DNA of 64,000 nt from Bacillota bacterium (GTDB taxonomy: Bacteria > Bacillota > UBA4882 > UBA8346), in the NCBI GenBank assembly GCA_023415835.1, contig JAEZJK010000042.1, positions 2,057 to 66,056 on the forward strand. Reading direction: 5' to 3'. This document shows, piece by piece, positions 39,031-48,267 of this stretch. Below the pieces are notes generated by a model, which was given only the letters and a program-made list of their open reading frames with translations, ran no database searches and was not told where the DNA came from. The position numbers and the translations under genes are program-made. Position 1 is the stretch's first letter; every line of letters begins with the position of its first letter.

Positions 39031-39123
39031 AAAAAGAGCAACTTTCCCAGCGTTTTATAGCAGGAGAAATCATATCCTTAACTGAAATAATCTCCCGAAA
39101 CTCACAAAAAGCGGGGGAGAACT

Positions 39124-40167
39124 GTGCGATTAAAAATTTTACCATTGTTAACGGCTTTTGTAGTCACCTTGAATCTGGGTCTATCAACTTGGAAAATTCA
39201 CGCTGAAGACCAGGGAACATTACCTCCAAACGAATTAGGCCGAATCATGATCCTGGAATATCACTTGATCGGATATCCCGAAGCCCAATGGCGCCGGACT
39301 CCGGAGAACTTCCGAAAAGACCTAGAGATGATGTATCAGAACGATTATTACCCGGTTCCGTTACAGGATTTGGTTAGTGGGAATATCAAAGCGCCGGCCG
39401 GAAAAACTCCTTTTGCGATTACTTTTGACGATTCTAGCGCTGGACAGTTCCGTTACTTGAAAAACGGAAACCGGTTGGAGATTGACCCCCAATCCGGAGT
39501 TGGAATAATGGAACGGTTTAAAAAAGAACATCCCGGCTTTCCACTGACCGCAACCTTTTATGTGTTACCGGGAACCGGCCGGAACCAACGTTTTTTTGGC
39601 CAAGAAGAGTATATTCAAGAGAAATTAAATTTTTTAGTTCAAAATGGTTACGAAATCGGGAACCACAGTTATTGGCATGAAAACCTCGGTAAAGTGGATG
39701 ATGATGCTGTCCAAAAACAGTTGGCCCTAGCGGTAAAAGAGATCCAATCATTTCTCCCCGGTTATCAAGTTAAAAGTCTTGCTTTGCCCTATGGAGTACA
39801 CCCTAAAAATCGAATTTTAGCGCGTCAGGGCGAATATCAGGGTATCAAGTACCAACACAATTCGGTGATGCTGGTCGGTTCCGGTTCGGTGCCGTCTCCG
39901 TATTCCACTGAGTTTGACCCTTATAAACTGGAACGAATTCAAGCCGGCGATACGCCTTGGGGACCGAAGAGCTTCGTAGAGCGGTATCGGAAAAACCCTT
40001 CGCTTCGTTTTGTGAGTGATGGAGATCCGATTATGATTACTATCCCAAAAGAAATGCAAGGAAAACTGAATCAAAAACTATCGCTGAAATTTAAAACGAA
40101 GATATTGAATGATATGATCCATTCAGTGACGGTTGATCAGACAAAATTGAATGAGAAGTTAAAGTAA
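39124..40167 (+). CDS. Secreted polysaccharide deacetylase (NodB homology domain)
   Basis: Signal peptide. FAITFDDSSAGQF and GNHSYWHEN motifs. Confidence 0.85.
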   Translation: MRLKILPLLTAFVVTLNLGLSTWKIHAEDQGTLPPNELGRIMILEYHLIGYPEAQWRRTPENFRKDLEMMYQNDYYPVPLQDLVSGNIKAPAGKTPFAITFDDSSAGQFRYLKNGNRLEIDPQSGVGIMERFKKEHPGFPLTATFYVLPGTGRNQRFFGQEEYIQEKLNFLVQNGYEIGNHSYWHENLGKVDDDAVQKQLALAVKEIQSFLPGYQVKSLALPYGVHPKNRILARQGEYQGIKYQHNSVMLVGSGSVPSPYSTEFDPYKLERIQAGDTPWGPKSFVERYRKNPSLRFVSDGDPIMITIPKEMQGKLNQKLSLKFKTKILNDMIHSVTVDQTKLNEKLK

Positions 40168-40176
40168 CAACTATAA

Positions 40177-40229
40177 ATGTCGCAATAAGTATCTTGGACG
40201 CGCACAGTTTATTGCGACATGTTTTCCTT
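40177..40229 (+). repeat. Repeat C copy 1: 12-bp perfect-stem hairpin element, terminator-like
   Basis: ATGTCGCAATAA - 20 nt - TTATTGCGACAT followed by GTTTTCCTT. It lies 10 nt after the deacetylase stop. An inverted copy lies at 60560-60612. Confidence 0.75.
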
Positions 40230-40262
40230 ATTTGTTTCAATTTATATGTCAAAGAGCCAAAC

Positions 40263-40296
40263 AAAAAATTAAAAGCCCAGAAACCTGGGCTTTTAT
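40263..40296. terminator. Bidirectional intrinsic terminator between convergent genes
   Basis: GCCCAG-AAAC-CTGGGC hairpin flanked by an A-run upstream and a T-run downstream. Confidence 0.65.
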
Positions 40297-40315
40297 AATA
40301 CTCGATATACCTTTA

Positions 40316-40450
40316 TTATTCTTTATCCGAATATTTGCTAAAAACGCTCATCATCAATTTGGTCAGAAGATAAAACATAATTAATACTAGAAAGACCCCA
40401 CCCATGCCTAAACCGGTAGCCTTAAAGCTTTGAATAATAGTCTCATTCAT
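40316..40450 (-). CDS. Small OadG-like membrane protein (44 aa), not in the ORF track
   Basis: Hand translation: MNETIIQSFKATGLGMGGVFLVLIMFYLLTKLMMSVFSKYSDKE. It has a single TM helix, starts 13 nt after the oadB stop, and has GGGGG upstream of the ATG. Its length and pattern match decarboxylase gamma/delta subunits. Confidence 0.55.
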   Translation of the reverse strand: MNETIIQSFKATGLGMGGVFLVLIMFYLLTKLMMSVFSKYSDKE

Positions 40451-40462
40451 TATTAGCCCCCC

Positions 40463-41608
40463 TTATTTCAATAGTGCCGGTACTACAGCCAGAAGTAATC
40501 CACCGGCTATAATCGACCCGAGCTGTCCGGCAACATTGGCGCTGACAGCTTGCATCAATATAAAGTTGGTCGGATCCTCTTTTTGGGCCATTTTTTGAAT
40601 AACCCGGGCGGACATTGGGAAAGCTGAGATTCCGGCAGCGCCGACCATCGGGTTAACTTTATGTTTTAAGAAAAGGTTCAAAAACTTGGCGAATATTACT
40701 CCGCCTGCGGTATCGAAGATAAAGGCCACCAAGCCTAAGAGCATAATTAGAATCGTGGCCGGATTGAGAAATTTATCAGCCACCATAGTCGAACCGATGG
40801 TTATTCCCAACAGTAAGGTGACCAAGTTGGCCAATTCGCTTTGGGCAGCTTTCGAAAGGCGATCCAGCACACCGCATTCCCGGATCAGGTTGCCGAACAT
40901 TAACGCTCCTACCAGAGCCACGCTGATCGGCGCGACGATACCGGCGACCACCGTAACTACAATCGGGAAGAGGATCTTAACAATTTTGGGGACTTTGACC
41001 TCGCGGGCTTCCATCCGGATCATCCGCTCCTTTTTGCTGGTTAACAATTTGATTACCGGAGGCTGGATGATTGGGACCAATGACATATAAGAATATGCGG
41101 CTACCGTAATCGGGGCTAGCAGGTCCTTAGCAAATTTATTCGCTACGTAAATCGAAGTGGGTCCGTCCGCTGCTCCGATAATTCCGATGGATGCTGCTTC
41201 TTTTAAACCGATGTGGATTCCCAAGCCCAGATCTTTTAGCCAATCGCCTAAGAAAAGAGAGGCAATCATGGTGGCAAAGATTCCGAATTGAGCTGCGGCT
41301 CCGAAAAAGAGCATGAACGGGTTTTGGAGCAGCGGTCCGAAATCAATCATTGCTCCTACCGCAATAAAGATTAGCACCGGGAAAAGCTCAGTCTTAATAC
41401 CGGCATCGTAAAGAATCGATAAAAACCCTTCGTGGCCGATTGCCGATGAAAACGGAATGTTGGCTAGGATCGCTCCGAATCCGATTGGTAATAAGAGCAT
41501 TGGTTCATAATCTTTGGCGATAGCGAGATAAATTAAAACCCCTCCGATCGCCATCATAATCAAACGCCCTAAATCCATTCCTAGAATGCCTTGGAGAAGT
41601 TCCTGCAT
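40463..41608 (-). CDS. oadB: Na+-translocating decarboxylase beta subunit (OadB/GcdB/MmdB family)
   Basis: Polytopic, with a family-typical N-terminus (YEPMLLLPIGFGAILANIP) and GAADGPTSIYV. Confidence 0.9.
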   Translation of the reverse strand: MQELLQGILGMDLGRLIMMAIGGVLIYLAIAKDYEPMLLLPIGFGAILANIPFSSAIGHEGFLSILYDAGIKTELFPVLIFIAVGAMIDFGPLLQNPFMLFFGAAAQFGIFATMIASLFLGDWLKDLGLGIHIGLKEAASIGIIGAADGPTSIYVANKFAKDLLAPITVAAYSYMSLVPIIQPPVIKLLTSKKERMIRMEAREVKVPKIVKILFPIVVTVVAGIVAPISVALVGALMFGNLIRECGVLDRLSKAAQSELANLVTLLLGITIGSTMVADKFLNPATILIMLLGLVAFIFDTAGGVIFAKFLNLFLKHKVNPMVGAAGISAFPMSARVIQKMAQKEDPTNFILMQAVSANVAGQLGSIIAGGLLLAVVPALLK

Positions 41609-41869
41609 AAGTTGACCTCCTGTGTTTCCATCTATTTAGGTGGTTTTATGTATATGTTTAATTTATCACAAATCAAAAACGATGTCACCTGTAAATTAAG
41701 TTTTTAAACAATTTGACACATTTATCAGGTTCTTACTAAGACATAGAATTTGAAACATTTTTCAAGGATACCTTTGCTTGATTAGGATCTTTTTAAACTA
41801 AGTAAACATAATATCATTTCTGTTAGTATTTTGAGGTAAATGTTTACGAATTGTTTTTAAAAATTAAAC

Positions 41870-41898
41870 TTGATTTTAGTCGATTCTGTTAGTATATT
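41870..41898 (+). promoter_or_regulatory. Candidate sigma-70 promoter for oadG-BCCP
   Basis: TTGATT (41870-41875), 17-nt spacer, TATATT (41893-41898), 85 nt upstream of the ATG. Confidence 0.4.
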
Positions 41899-41982
41899 AC
41901 TTATAACAGGCAAATTATATTTTTTATTCTTTCAAAGGTAGAATAGAAAGTAATAATCTGGCGCGAAGAAGGAGGATTAGTC

Positions 41983-42258
41983 ATGAATGGAACTGTGTCA
42001 ATTGGCTTGGAGATTTATTTACTGGGACTGATCGCTTTTTTATTAATTGTAATAATGTTTATGCTTCGTAAAGTGATTGGACTATTAGCAACACCTCAGG
42101 AACGGCAGTATCAAATAGCCACTTCGGAGATGGCTGATTATAACCCTTCGGTATCTACCACGGATTGTACTGAAGAAGAATTGGCGGCAATTACAGCCGT
42201 GCTAGTTAAACTTTTACCTGATAAGAAACTAAATATCGTCAATTTGAAATTAGTTTAA
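41983..42258 (+). CDS. oadG: OadG-family small subunit (decarboxylase gamma chain)
   Basis: N-terminal TM helix (LLGLIAFLLIVIMFML) and C-terminal EEELAAITAVL, typical of OadG. Confidence 0.75.
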   Translation: MNGTVSIGLEIYLLGLIAFLLIVIMFMLRKVIGLLATPQERQYQIATSEMADYNPSVSTTDCTEEELAAITAVLVKLLPDKKLNIVNLKLV

Positions 42259-42311
42259 AGGATCAGTAATTTGTACCAATGCCGATTTCTGGCTAAAATA
42301 ACGTAAATAAT

Positions 42312-42713
42312 ATGACTGGGGGAAATAAGATGCAGAATTTTCGTGTTACTGTTAATGGAAAGGTTTTTGAAGTTTCCGTCGAAGAGGCTGGTTCCGCTAA
42401 AACTGAGATTATTGCCCAAGCCACTCAGGCAGCTCCGGTAGCTGCTAAACCTGCTGCTGCTCCAGCCCCTGTGAAAGAGGCAGTATTGGGGAGCGGGGAA
42501 CAACCGGTAGCTGCTCCATTATCGGGTTCAATTCTCGATATTAAGGTAAAGCCTGGGGACCGGGTTAAATTTGGACAAGTATTGTTAACGTTGGAAGCTT
42601 TGAAAATGGAAAACGAGATCGTCGCTCCTCAAGATGGGACAGTTAAAGAAATTTTTGCTCAAAAAGGTTCGATGGTAAATGTCGGAGATGTATTATTAAG
42701 CCTTGGCGCTTAG
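42312..42713 (+). CDS. Biotin carboxyl carrier protein (biotinyl domain)
   Basis: Ala/Pro linker, then the biotinyl domain with the EALKMENEI attachment motif. Confidence 0.88.
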   Translation: MTGGNKMQNFRVTVNGKVFEVSVEEAGSAKTEIIAQATQAAPVAAKPAAAPAPVKEAVLGSGEQPVAAPLSGSILDIKVKPGDRVKFGQVLLTLEALKMENEIVAPQDGTVKEIFAQKGSMVNVGDVLLSLGA

Positions 42714-43113
42714 GATATTCCCTAAATGCAACGACATTGTTCGAGTAATAGATGTGCGAAAAAATGTTAAAATGCTCATTGTTTTTGTAAGGAATAATGT
42801 CATTATTTACTTACCATTATTAGCCGTTTTCTATTGGGTTAATATCAAACGGCTGTTTCGATTAGAATCATCTGCAAAATTGATGAATCTATCGCTATCT
42901 ACCTTACCAGTAGATCAAAGCTGGATTTGTTAGGCATGATTGCCATTATCTATGTTAATTAGCATTATCACTATTTTTGAGCTTGTTATGATACGAGGAT
43001 TTATAGTTGGGTTCCTTATAAGAATTCAAAAGATTTTAGTGTTTGAAGCATCCGCAAAGAAATAGTGATTCCTGTCTCTTATCTAAATAGCTAACTTAAT
43101 TTAAATTATCGAG

Positions 43114-44466
43114 GTGAATAAAATGGCAAAACCGGTTCGGATCACGGAAACAAGTTTTAGGGACGCCCATCAATCATTATGGGCCACTCGGATGAAGACT
43201 GAAGATATGATGGCTGTCGCAGAAGCTATCGACGAAATCGGCTATCATTCATTAGAAGCCTGGGGTGGGGCTACCTTTGACAGTTGTCTCCGTTTTTTAA
43301 AGGAAGACCCTTGGGTGCGTCTCCGGCGTTTAAAGGCAGTCATTCGGAAGACACCGCTCCAGATGCTGTTACGGGGCCAGAATATTTTGGGCTACCGTCA
43401 TTACCCCGATGATGTGGTTAAAGAATTCTGTAAACGGGCTGTCGATAATGGCATTGGGATCATTCGGATCTTCGACGCTGTAAATGACCTTCGCAATATG
43501 GAAGTGGCAATCAAAGCTTCGAAAGAAGCGGGCGCACATGTCCAGGGCACGGTCGTTTATACCATCAGCCCGGTTCATAATATCGAGGCTTATGTTAAGC
43601 TTGCCAAAGAATTGAAAGAGCTGGGCTGTAATTCGATTTGTATTAAGGATATGGCCGGACTCCTTAAACCTTATGAAGCCGAGGAATTAATTAAAAAGTT
43701 AAAACAGGCCGTAGGTATACCTTTGCAATTACATGCCCATTATACCAGCGGATTAGCTTCAATGACTTATCTAAAAGCGATTGAGGCCGGTGTAGATGTG
43801 ATTGACACTGCCATTTCTGCTCTGGCATTAGGTACTTCACAGCCGCCAACAGAATCAATGGTCGCAGCTTTGCAAGGCACTCCCTACGATACCGGGCTTG
43901 ATTTGAACAAAATCGCTCCGATTAACCAACATTTCAAAGAAGTCAAAAAACAATACCAATCGATTTCCGCTCCGATTGAGGTAGACACTGCGGTACTTTC
44001 TTATCAGATACCGGGCGGGATGATTTCCAACCTCCGCAATCAACTGGCTGGCCAAAACGCGGCTGACCGTTATGACGAAGTCCTGGCCGAAGTGCCAAAA
44101 GTCCGTGAAGAACTTGGTTATCCGCCTTTGGTTACTCCAACCAGTCAGATGCTGGGAACTCAGTCCGTGTTGAATGTATTAACCGGAAAACGTTACAGTG
44201 TGGTGCCGAAGGAGATTAAAGATTATGTCCGCGGTATGTATGGTAGGCCGCCGGCGGCGATTAACCCCGAAGTCCAGCAATTGATTATCGGCGATGAACA
44301 ACCGATAACCCACCGTCCGGCAGATGATTTGGAACCGATGCTGGATAAGGCCAGGAAAGAGATTATGCCCTATTACCAACAAGAGGAAGATGTCCTCTCA
44401 TATGTGCTCTTCCCTGAAGTGGCGATGGAGTTTTTTAAGACCCGGGCTAATACGAATAGCAAATAA
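43114..44466 (+). CDS. oadA: Oxaloacetate decarboxylase alpha subunit / 5S-type carboxyltransferase domain (no fused biotinyl domain)
   Basis: ITETSFRDAHQSLWATRM and the HAHYTSGLA motif. The 450-aa length lacks a C-terminal BCCP. Confidence 0.9.
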   Translation: MNKMAKPVRITETSFRDAHQSLWATRMKTEDMMAVAEAIDEIGYHSLEAWGGATFDSCLRFLKEDPWVRLRRLKAVIRKTPLQMLLRGQNILGYRHYPDDVVKEFCKRAVDNGIGIIRIFDAVNDLRNMEVAIKASKEAGAHVQGTVVYTISPVHNIEAYVKLAKELKELGCNSICIKDMAGLLKPYEAEELIKKLKQAVGIPLQLHAHYTSGLASMTYLKAIEAGVDVIDTAISALALGTSQPPTESMVAALQGTPYDTGLDLNKIAPINQHFKEVKKQYQSISAPIEVDTAVLSYQIPGGMISNLRNQLAGQNAADRYDEVLAEVPKVREELGYPPLVTPTSQMLGTQSVLNVLTGKRYSVVPKEIKDYVRGMYGRPPAAINPEVQQLIIGDEQPITHRPADDLEPMLDKARKEIMPYYQQEEDVLSYVLFPEVAMEFFKTRANTNSK

Positions 44467-44499
44467 AAATCGGGCCGGTTTAACCGGCCCGATTTTTAT
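44466..44499 (+). terminator. Intrinsic terminator after oadA
   Basis: ATCGGGCCGGTT-T-AACCGGCCCGAT hairpin followed by TTTTTATTT. Confidence 0.8.
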
Positions 44500-44535
44500 T
44501 TGAATGATGTTTAAAATAATTATATTAATAATAAA

Positions 44536-44566
44536 ATGCCACAAGGATGTTAGGACCTTGTGGCAT
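44536..44566 (-). terminator. Hairpin terminator after the acyl-CoA synthetase gene
   Basis: ATGCCACAAGG / CCTTGTGGCAT 11-bp stem. On the minus strand it is followed by UUUAUUAUU. Confidence 0.6.
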
Positions 44567-44585
44567 TATAACAAATTTCCCAGTA

Positions 44586-46238
44586 TTACTGTTGGTCGTG
44601 TTCGCGTATTTCAACTCTCCGAATTTTACCGCTGATGGTTTTAGGAAGTTCGGTAACAAATTCAATAATTCGAGGATATTTATATGGGGCGGTTACGTTC
44701 TTCACATGATTTTGTAGTTCTTCCTTCAATTGCTCACTGGCTTGAAAATTTTTAGTTAAGACAATGGTCGCTTTGACCACTTGTCCCCGGACTTCATCAG
44801 GGACTGCGGTTACCGCGCATTCCAATACCGCTGGGTGTTCCAATAATGCGCTTTCAACCTCGAAAGGTCCGATCCGGTAACCGGAACTTTTGATGACATC
44901 ATCAGTCCGGCCGACGAACCAGTAATATCCGTCTTCATCCCGCCAAGCCGTATCCCCGGTGTGATAAATACCGTTATACCATACACTTTGAGTACGCTCC
45001 GCATCCCGGTAATACCCATCGAAAATACCGGTGGGTTTTCTCTTATCGGTGCGAACGACAATTTCTCCAATTTCTCCAACCTCACAAGAACGGCCGGTTT
45101 CGTCGATAATATCGATATCATATCCGGGAGACGGCCTTCCCATCGATCCGGGTTTTGGTTCCATCCAAGGGTAGGTGGCCAAAGATACGGTTAGTTCGGT
45201 CTGGCCATAACCTTCCCTTAATTTAATTCCGGTTAGTTTTAAAAATTGGTTGTAGACTTCCGGATTTAAAGGCTCACCGGCGACAACGCAATATTCCAGC
45301 TTGCTCAAATCATACTGTGTAAAATCTTCTTTAATCAAATAGCGATAAATCGTAGGCGGGGCGCAGAAAGTAGAGATACCATATTTAGCGATCATACCCA
45401 ACATATCCTTGGGAATAAACTTATCAAAATCATAGACGAAGACGTTAGCGCCGGCAATCCATTGCCCATAAAGTTTACCCCAGACCGATTTAGCCCATCC
45501 GGTATCGGAGACTGTAAGATGTAATTTATTCTCTTGTACGCATTGCCAGAATTTTGCGGTCAAAATATGACCCAATGGATAAGTGAAATTGTGTTGCACC
45601 ATTTTAGGATAACCGGTGGTCCCGGATGTGAAGTAGAGCAGCATAATATCATCGTTTTTGGTTAAGCCGTCCCCGTTAGGCTTTAGCCAGGACTCACTTG
45701 CATTTTTTAACTCGGTATCGAAGTCAATCCATCCGTCCCGTTTGCCACCGACAAGAGCCTTGAGTTTAAGTGAAGGGGATTCCGGTTGCGCTTCGTCGAT
45801 CTGATCAATCACTTCTTCACCGGTAACAGCGACCACCATTTTTACACTGGCGGCTTCATTGCGGTAAATTAAATCCTTCTTCTTTAAAAGATGGGTTGCG
45901 GGAATACAGACAGCCCCGAGTTTATGGAGGGCGATAATGCAGAACCAAAATTCATAACGCCGTTTTAAGATTAACATTACCGGGTCGCCTTTTTTTATGC
46001 CGGCTGATTTAAAAAAGTTTGCCGCCTTGTCACTGTAATATTTCAGTTCTTTAAAAGTGAATTGAGCTTCATTGCCTTTATCATCGCACCAAACGAGCGC
46101 AACTTTATCCGGGGATTGGGCAGCCCATTCATCAACCACGTCATAAGCGAAGTTAAAATTATCCGGGATTTTTATCTTAAAATTATCCTGAAAGTCTTCA
46201 TAAGATTGATATTCCAAACCAACATATTTTTCTAACAT
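44586..46238 (-). CDS. AMP-forming acyl-CoA synthetase (medium-chain / acetyl-CoA-synthetase-like)
   Basis: AMP-binding signature [12 protein letters not shown], plus [25 protein letters not shown] and ISGKIRR. Confidence 0.88.
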   Translation of the reverse strand: MLEKYVGLEYQSYEDFQDNFKIKIPDNFNFAYDVVDEWAAQSPDKVALVWCDDKGNEAQFTFKELKYYSDKAANFFKSAGIKKGDPVMLILKRRYEFWFCIIALHKLGAVCIPATHLLKKKDLIYRNEAASVKMVVAVTGEEVIDQIDEAQPESPSLKLKALVGGKRDGWIDFDTELKNASESWLKPNGDGLTKNDDIMLLYFTSGTTGYPKMVQHNFTYPLGHILTAKFWQCVQENKLHLTVSDTGWAKSVWGKLYGQWIAGANVFVYDFDKFIPKDMLGMIAKYGISTFCAPPTIYRYLIKEDFTQYDLSKLEYCVVAGEPLNPEVYNQFLKLTGIKLREGYGQTELTVSLATYPWMEPKPGSMGRPSPGYDIDIIDETGRSCEVGEIGEIVVRTDKRKPTGIFDGYYRDAERTQSVWYNGIYHTGDTAWRDEDGYYWFVGRTDDVIKSSGYRIGPFEVESALLEHPAVLECAVTAVPDEVRGQVVKATIVLTKNFQASEQLKEELQNHVKNVTAPYKYPRIIEFVTELPKTISGKIRRVEIREHDQQ

Positions 46239-46281
46239 CTTTATTCAGCCTTTCTGTAGAAGATTATTTCAAATAAAATGC

Positions 46282-46836
46282 TTAGAGAATGATCGCCAAA
46301 AATTTGGCGGTTTTACCGTTTAAGGCTTTCATGCCATGATTGACATTGGAATCATAATAAATGGAATCGCCTTCATTAAGGATGACTTCTTTATCTCCGA
46401 TCACTACTTTAAGGGTGCCTTCCAATAAATAGTCGAACTCTTGCCCGGGGTGGTTATTCAGATGGACTGGCACATTATCGGCTTCAGGTTCGACGGTTAC
46501 CAAAAAAGGTTCGGCTTTTTTATGAATAAAATTGTAAGCCAAGTTTTGATATTTATATTGTTTGCGGCGTTCGACCGAAACCCCTCGTCCGCTACGGGTT
46601 AGGGAATAAGTGTGTAACCTGGGTTCCTCACCGGTTAATAAAGCGGATAGTTCCATATTGAAACGTTGCGCCATTCGATATAGAATACCAACCGGGATAT
46701 CAACCGACCCGCTTTCATACTCCAGATAAACCTCAAGGGGAATGCCTAACTCTTTTGCCAGATCGGCAGCGGAAATTCCGTAAATGTCCCGTAAACCTTT
46801 GACTCGTTCAGCGATTTGTTTTAATTGTTCTTCCAT
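46282..46836 (-). CDS. XRE-family HTH + C-terminal cupin transcriptional regulator
   Basis: N-terminal HTH (AERVKGLRDIYGISAADLAKELGI) and C-terminal cupin (HPGQEFDYLLEG ... HGM). Confidence 0.85.
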   Translation of the reverse strand: MEEQLKQIAERVKGLRDIYGISAADLAKELGIPLEVYLEYESGSVDIPVGILYRMAQRFNMELSALLTGEEPRLHTYSLTRSGRGVSVERRKQYKYQNLAYNFIHKKAEPFLVTVEPEADNVPVHLNNHPGQEFDYLLEGTLKVVIGDKEVILNEGDSIYYDSNVNHGMKALNGKTAKFLAIIL

Positions 46837-47057
46837 GGATATAGATAACTCCTTTCATTAAATAGAGTCAATAATCTTCGGCTTAGGTAGTTAAAATTTA
46901 TAGTATTATTGTATAACATATTCGCCTTACCTTCGATAGATCCTTTTCATTGATAATTAAAAAATATAATTTAATCACAGGATAATAGAATTAGTTATCG
47001 AAAGTAATTTGGGATATTGGTCAGGCCTCTGGACCATTTTGTTTGTGGAGGTGTATT

Positions 47058-47768
47058 ATGGATGTAGTTCCGATTAATCAAAAACGTATTTACCAATCGG
47101 TAATAGAACAATTTGTCAGGTTGATTAAGGATGGAAAGTTGCAGATAGGGGATAGAATGCCTTCAGAACGGACATTGGCAGAAATGTTTAATATTAGTAG
47201 GGCTTCAATCCGGGAAGCATTGAGCGCATTGGAGATAATCGGTTTGATTGAAGTCCGGCCAGGTGATGGTTCCTTTGTCACCGAGTTGAATATAGCTCCG
47301 TTTATTAATGCTATTTCGCCATTGTTTATCAGAAATGATTCAATGGAAAAAGAGTTGCTTGATTTTAGGAAGATCCTCGAATTGAATGCGGTTGAGTTGG
47401 CTGCGGCTAGAGCGGAATCAACCAAAGATTTATTGACAGCCTTAAAGGATATGAAGGTGGCGATTGACAACGATGATTTAAATGCCGGGGCGGAAGCGGA
47501 TGTTTACTTTCATAAGAGCATTTTCTTACTCAGTCAGAATTTTATCCTGATAAAAGCTTCCGATTGTATTATAACGATCCTGGAGAGCTCAGTCAGGTTT
47601 AACCGGGATAAATCACTTAAGAACAATTTTAATGCACGCGAGATATACAAACAACACCTTGAGATTTACGAGGCGATCATGTTGCACCGTCCTGAAATTG
47701 CCAAATGCAGAATGGAGAAACATTTGGATTTTGCTTTAAAAAATGCGGCAAACTGGCGGAAACAATGA
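47058..47768 (+). CDS. GntR-family (FadR/FCD subfamily) regulator
   Basis: GDRMPSERTLAEMFNISRASIREALSALEIIGLIEVRPGDG, then a helical FCD domain. I prefer the ATG at 47058 after GGAGG over the track start at 47043. Confidence 0.88.
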   Translation: MDVVPINQKRIYQSVIEQFVRLIKDGKLQIGDRMPSERTLAEMFNISRASIREALSALEIIGLIEVRPGDGSFVTELNIAPFINAISPLFIRNDSMEKELLDFRKILELNAVELAAARAESTKDLLTALKDMKVAIDNDDLNAGAEADVYFHKSIFLLSQNFILIKASDCIITILESSVRFNRDKSLKNNFNAREIYKQHLEIYEAIMLHRPEIAKCRMEKHLDFALKNAANWRKQ

Positions 47769-47992
47769 TAATGATTGTTGGTATAGGTGACGGTAACAAT
47801 TATTTAATTGACCGGCTTTTATTACTTAACCATTGATACTAAGGGAAATTATTTTTTTATTTTTAAAACGGGACAAATAGGCCGCAATCATCTGCCAGTA
47901 TTTAAAGAAGTTATTGTAACATGAATTGTACCGCGATTTTTGGGATTAAGAGCCGCTCCATAGGGAGAGGTTTCTTAGGCTCAATGCTAAAT

Positions 47993-48153
47993 ACCTCACC
48001 CCGGTTCTCTCGCGGGTCTTGCAAGTCATCTTAACCGGTGCAGTCCGGTCATGGTAATCGCCAGAAAGCTATATAGCAAGCCCCTGATACTCCGGGGCGA
48101 CCGGAATTGTTACGGCACACCTTCTCAGGTATTTGTCGGTGGCGGGGTGAGGT
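47993..48153. ncRNA. Candidate structured RNA of unknown class, closed by an 11-bp perfect long-range helix
   Basis: ACCTCACCCCG (47993-48003) pairs perfectly with CGGGGTGAGGT (48143-48153). Internal hairpins are ACCGG-TGCAGT-CCGGT, GCCCC-N9-GGGGC and ACCT-TCTC-AGGT. A further hairpin lies at 47948-47976. The region holds no credible ORF and lies between convergent genes. Confidence 0.35.
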
Positions 48154-48189
48154 CAAAAGGCAGAAAATACAGAGTCATGCAGTTTGGCA

Positions 48190-48229
48190 GTACAAAACAA
48201 AAACTCCCTCGATTTAAATACCGAGGGAG
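48190..48229 (-). terminator. Intrinsic terminator after asd
   Basis: CTCCCTCG / CGAGGGAG stem. On the minus strand it is followed by UUUUUGUUUUG. Confidence 0.8.
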
Positions 48230-48267
48230 CATTAGCAACAATTTGATTATCAACAATAGGTTTTATC

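Noticed and set aside
38988-39206. 72-aa ORF starting inside Repeat A copy 2
   Set aside because: The equivalent frame in Repeat A copy 1 stops after 7 codons. The ORF also overlaps the well-supported deacetylase start in another frame.
42703-42933. 76-aa ORF in the BCCP-oadA spacer
   Set aside because: It overlaps the BCCP stop, has no RBS, lies in AT-rich low-complexity sequence, and has no recognisable domain.
47948-47976. GCUCCAUAGGG match to the RNase P RNA conserved region
   Set aside because: The obligatory GAGGAAAGUCC motif and the rest of the P4 pseudoknot elements are absent on both strands, and the region is too short for RNase P. I also found no SRP helix-8 (GGAA tetraloop/AGCAGC), tmRNA tRNA-like end, B12 box, or THI, FMN or L-box signatures.
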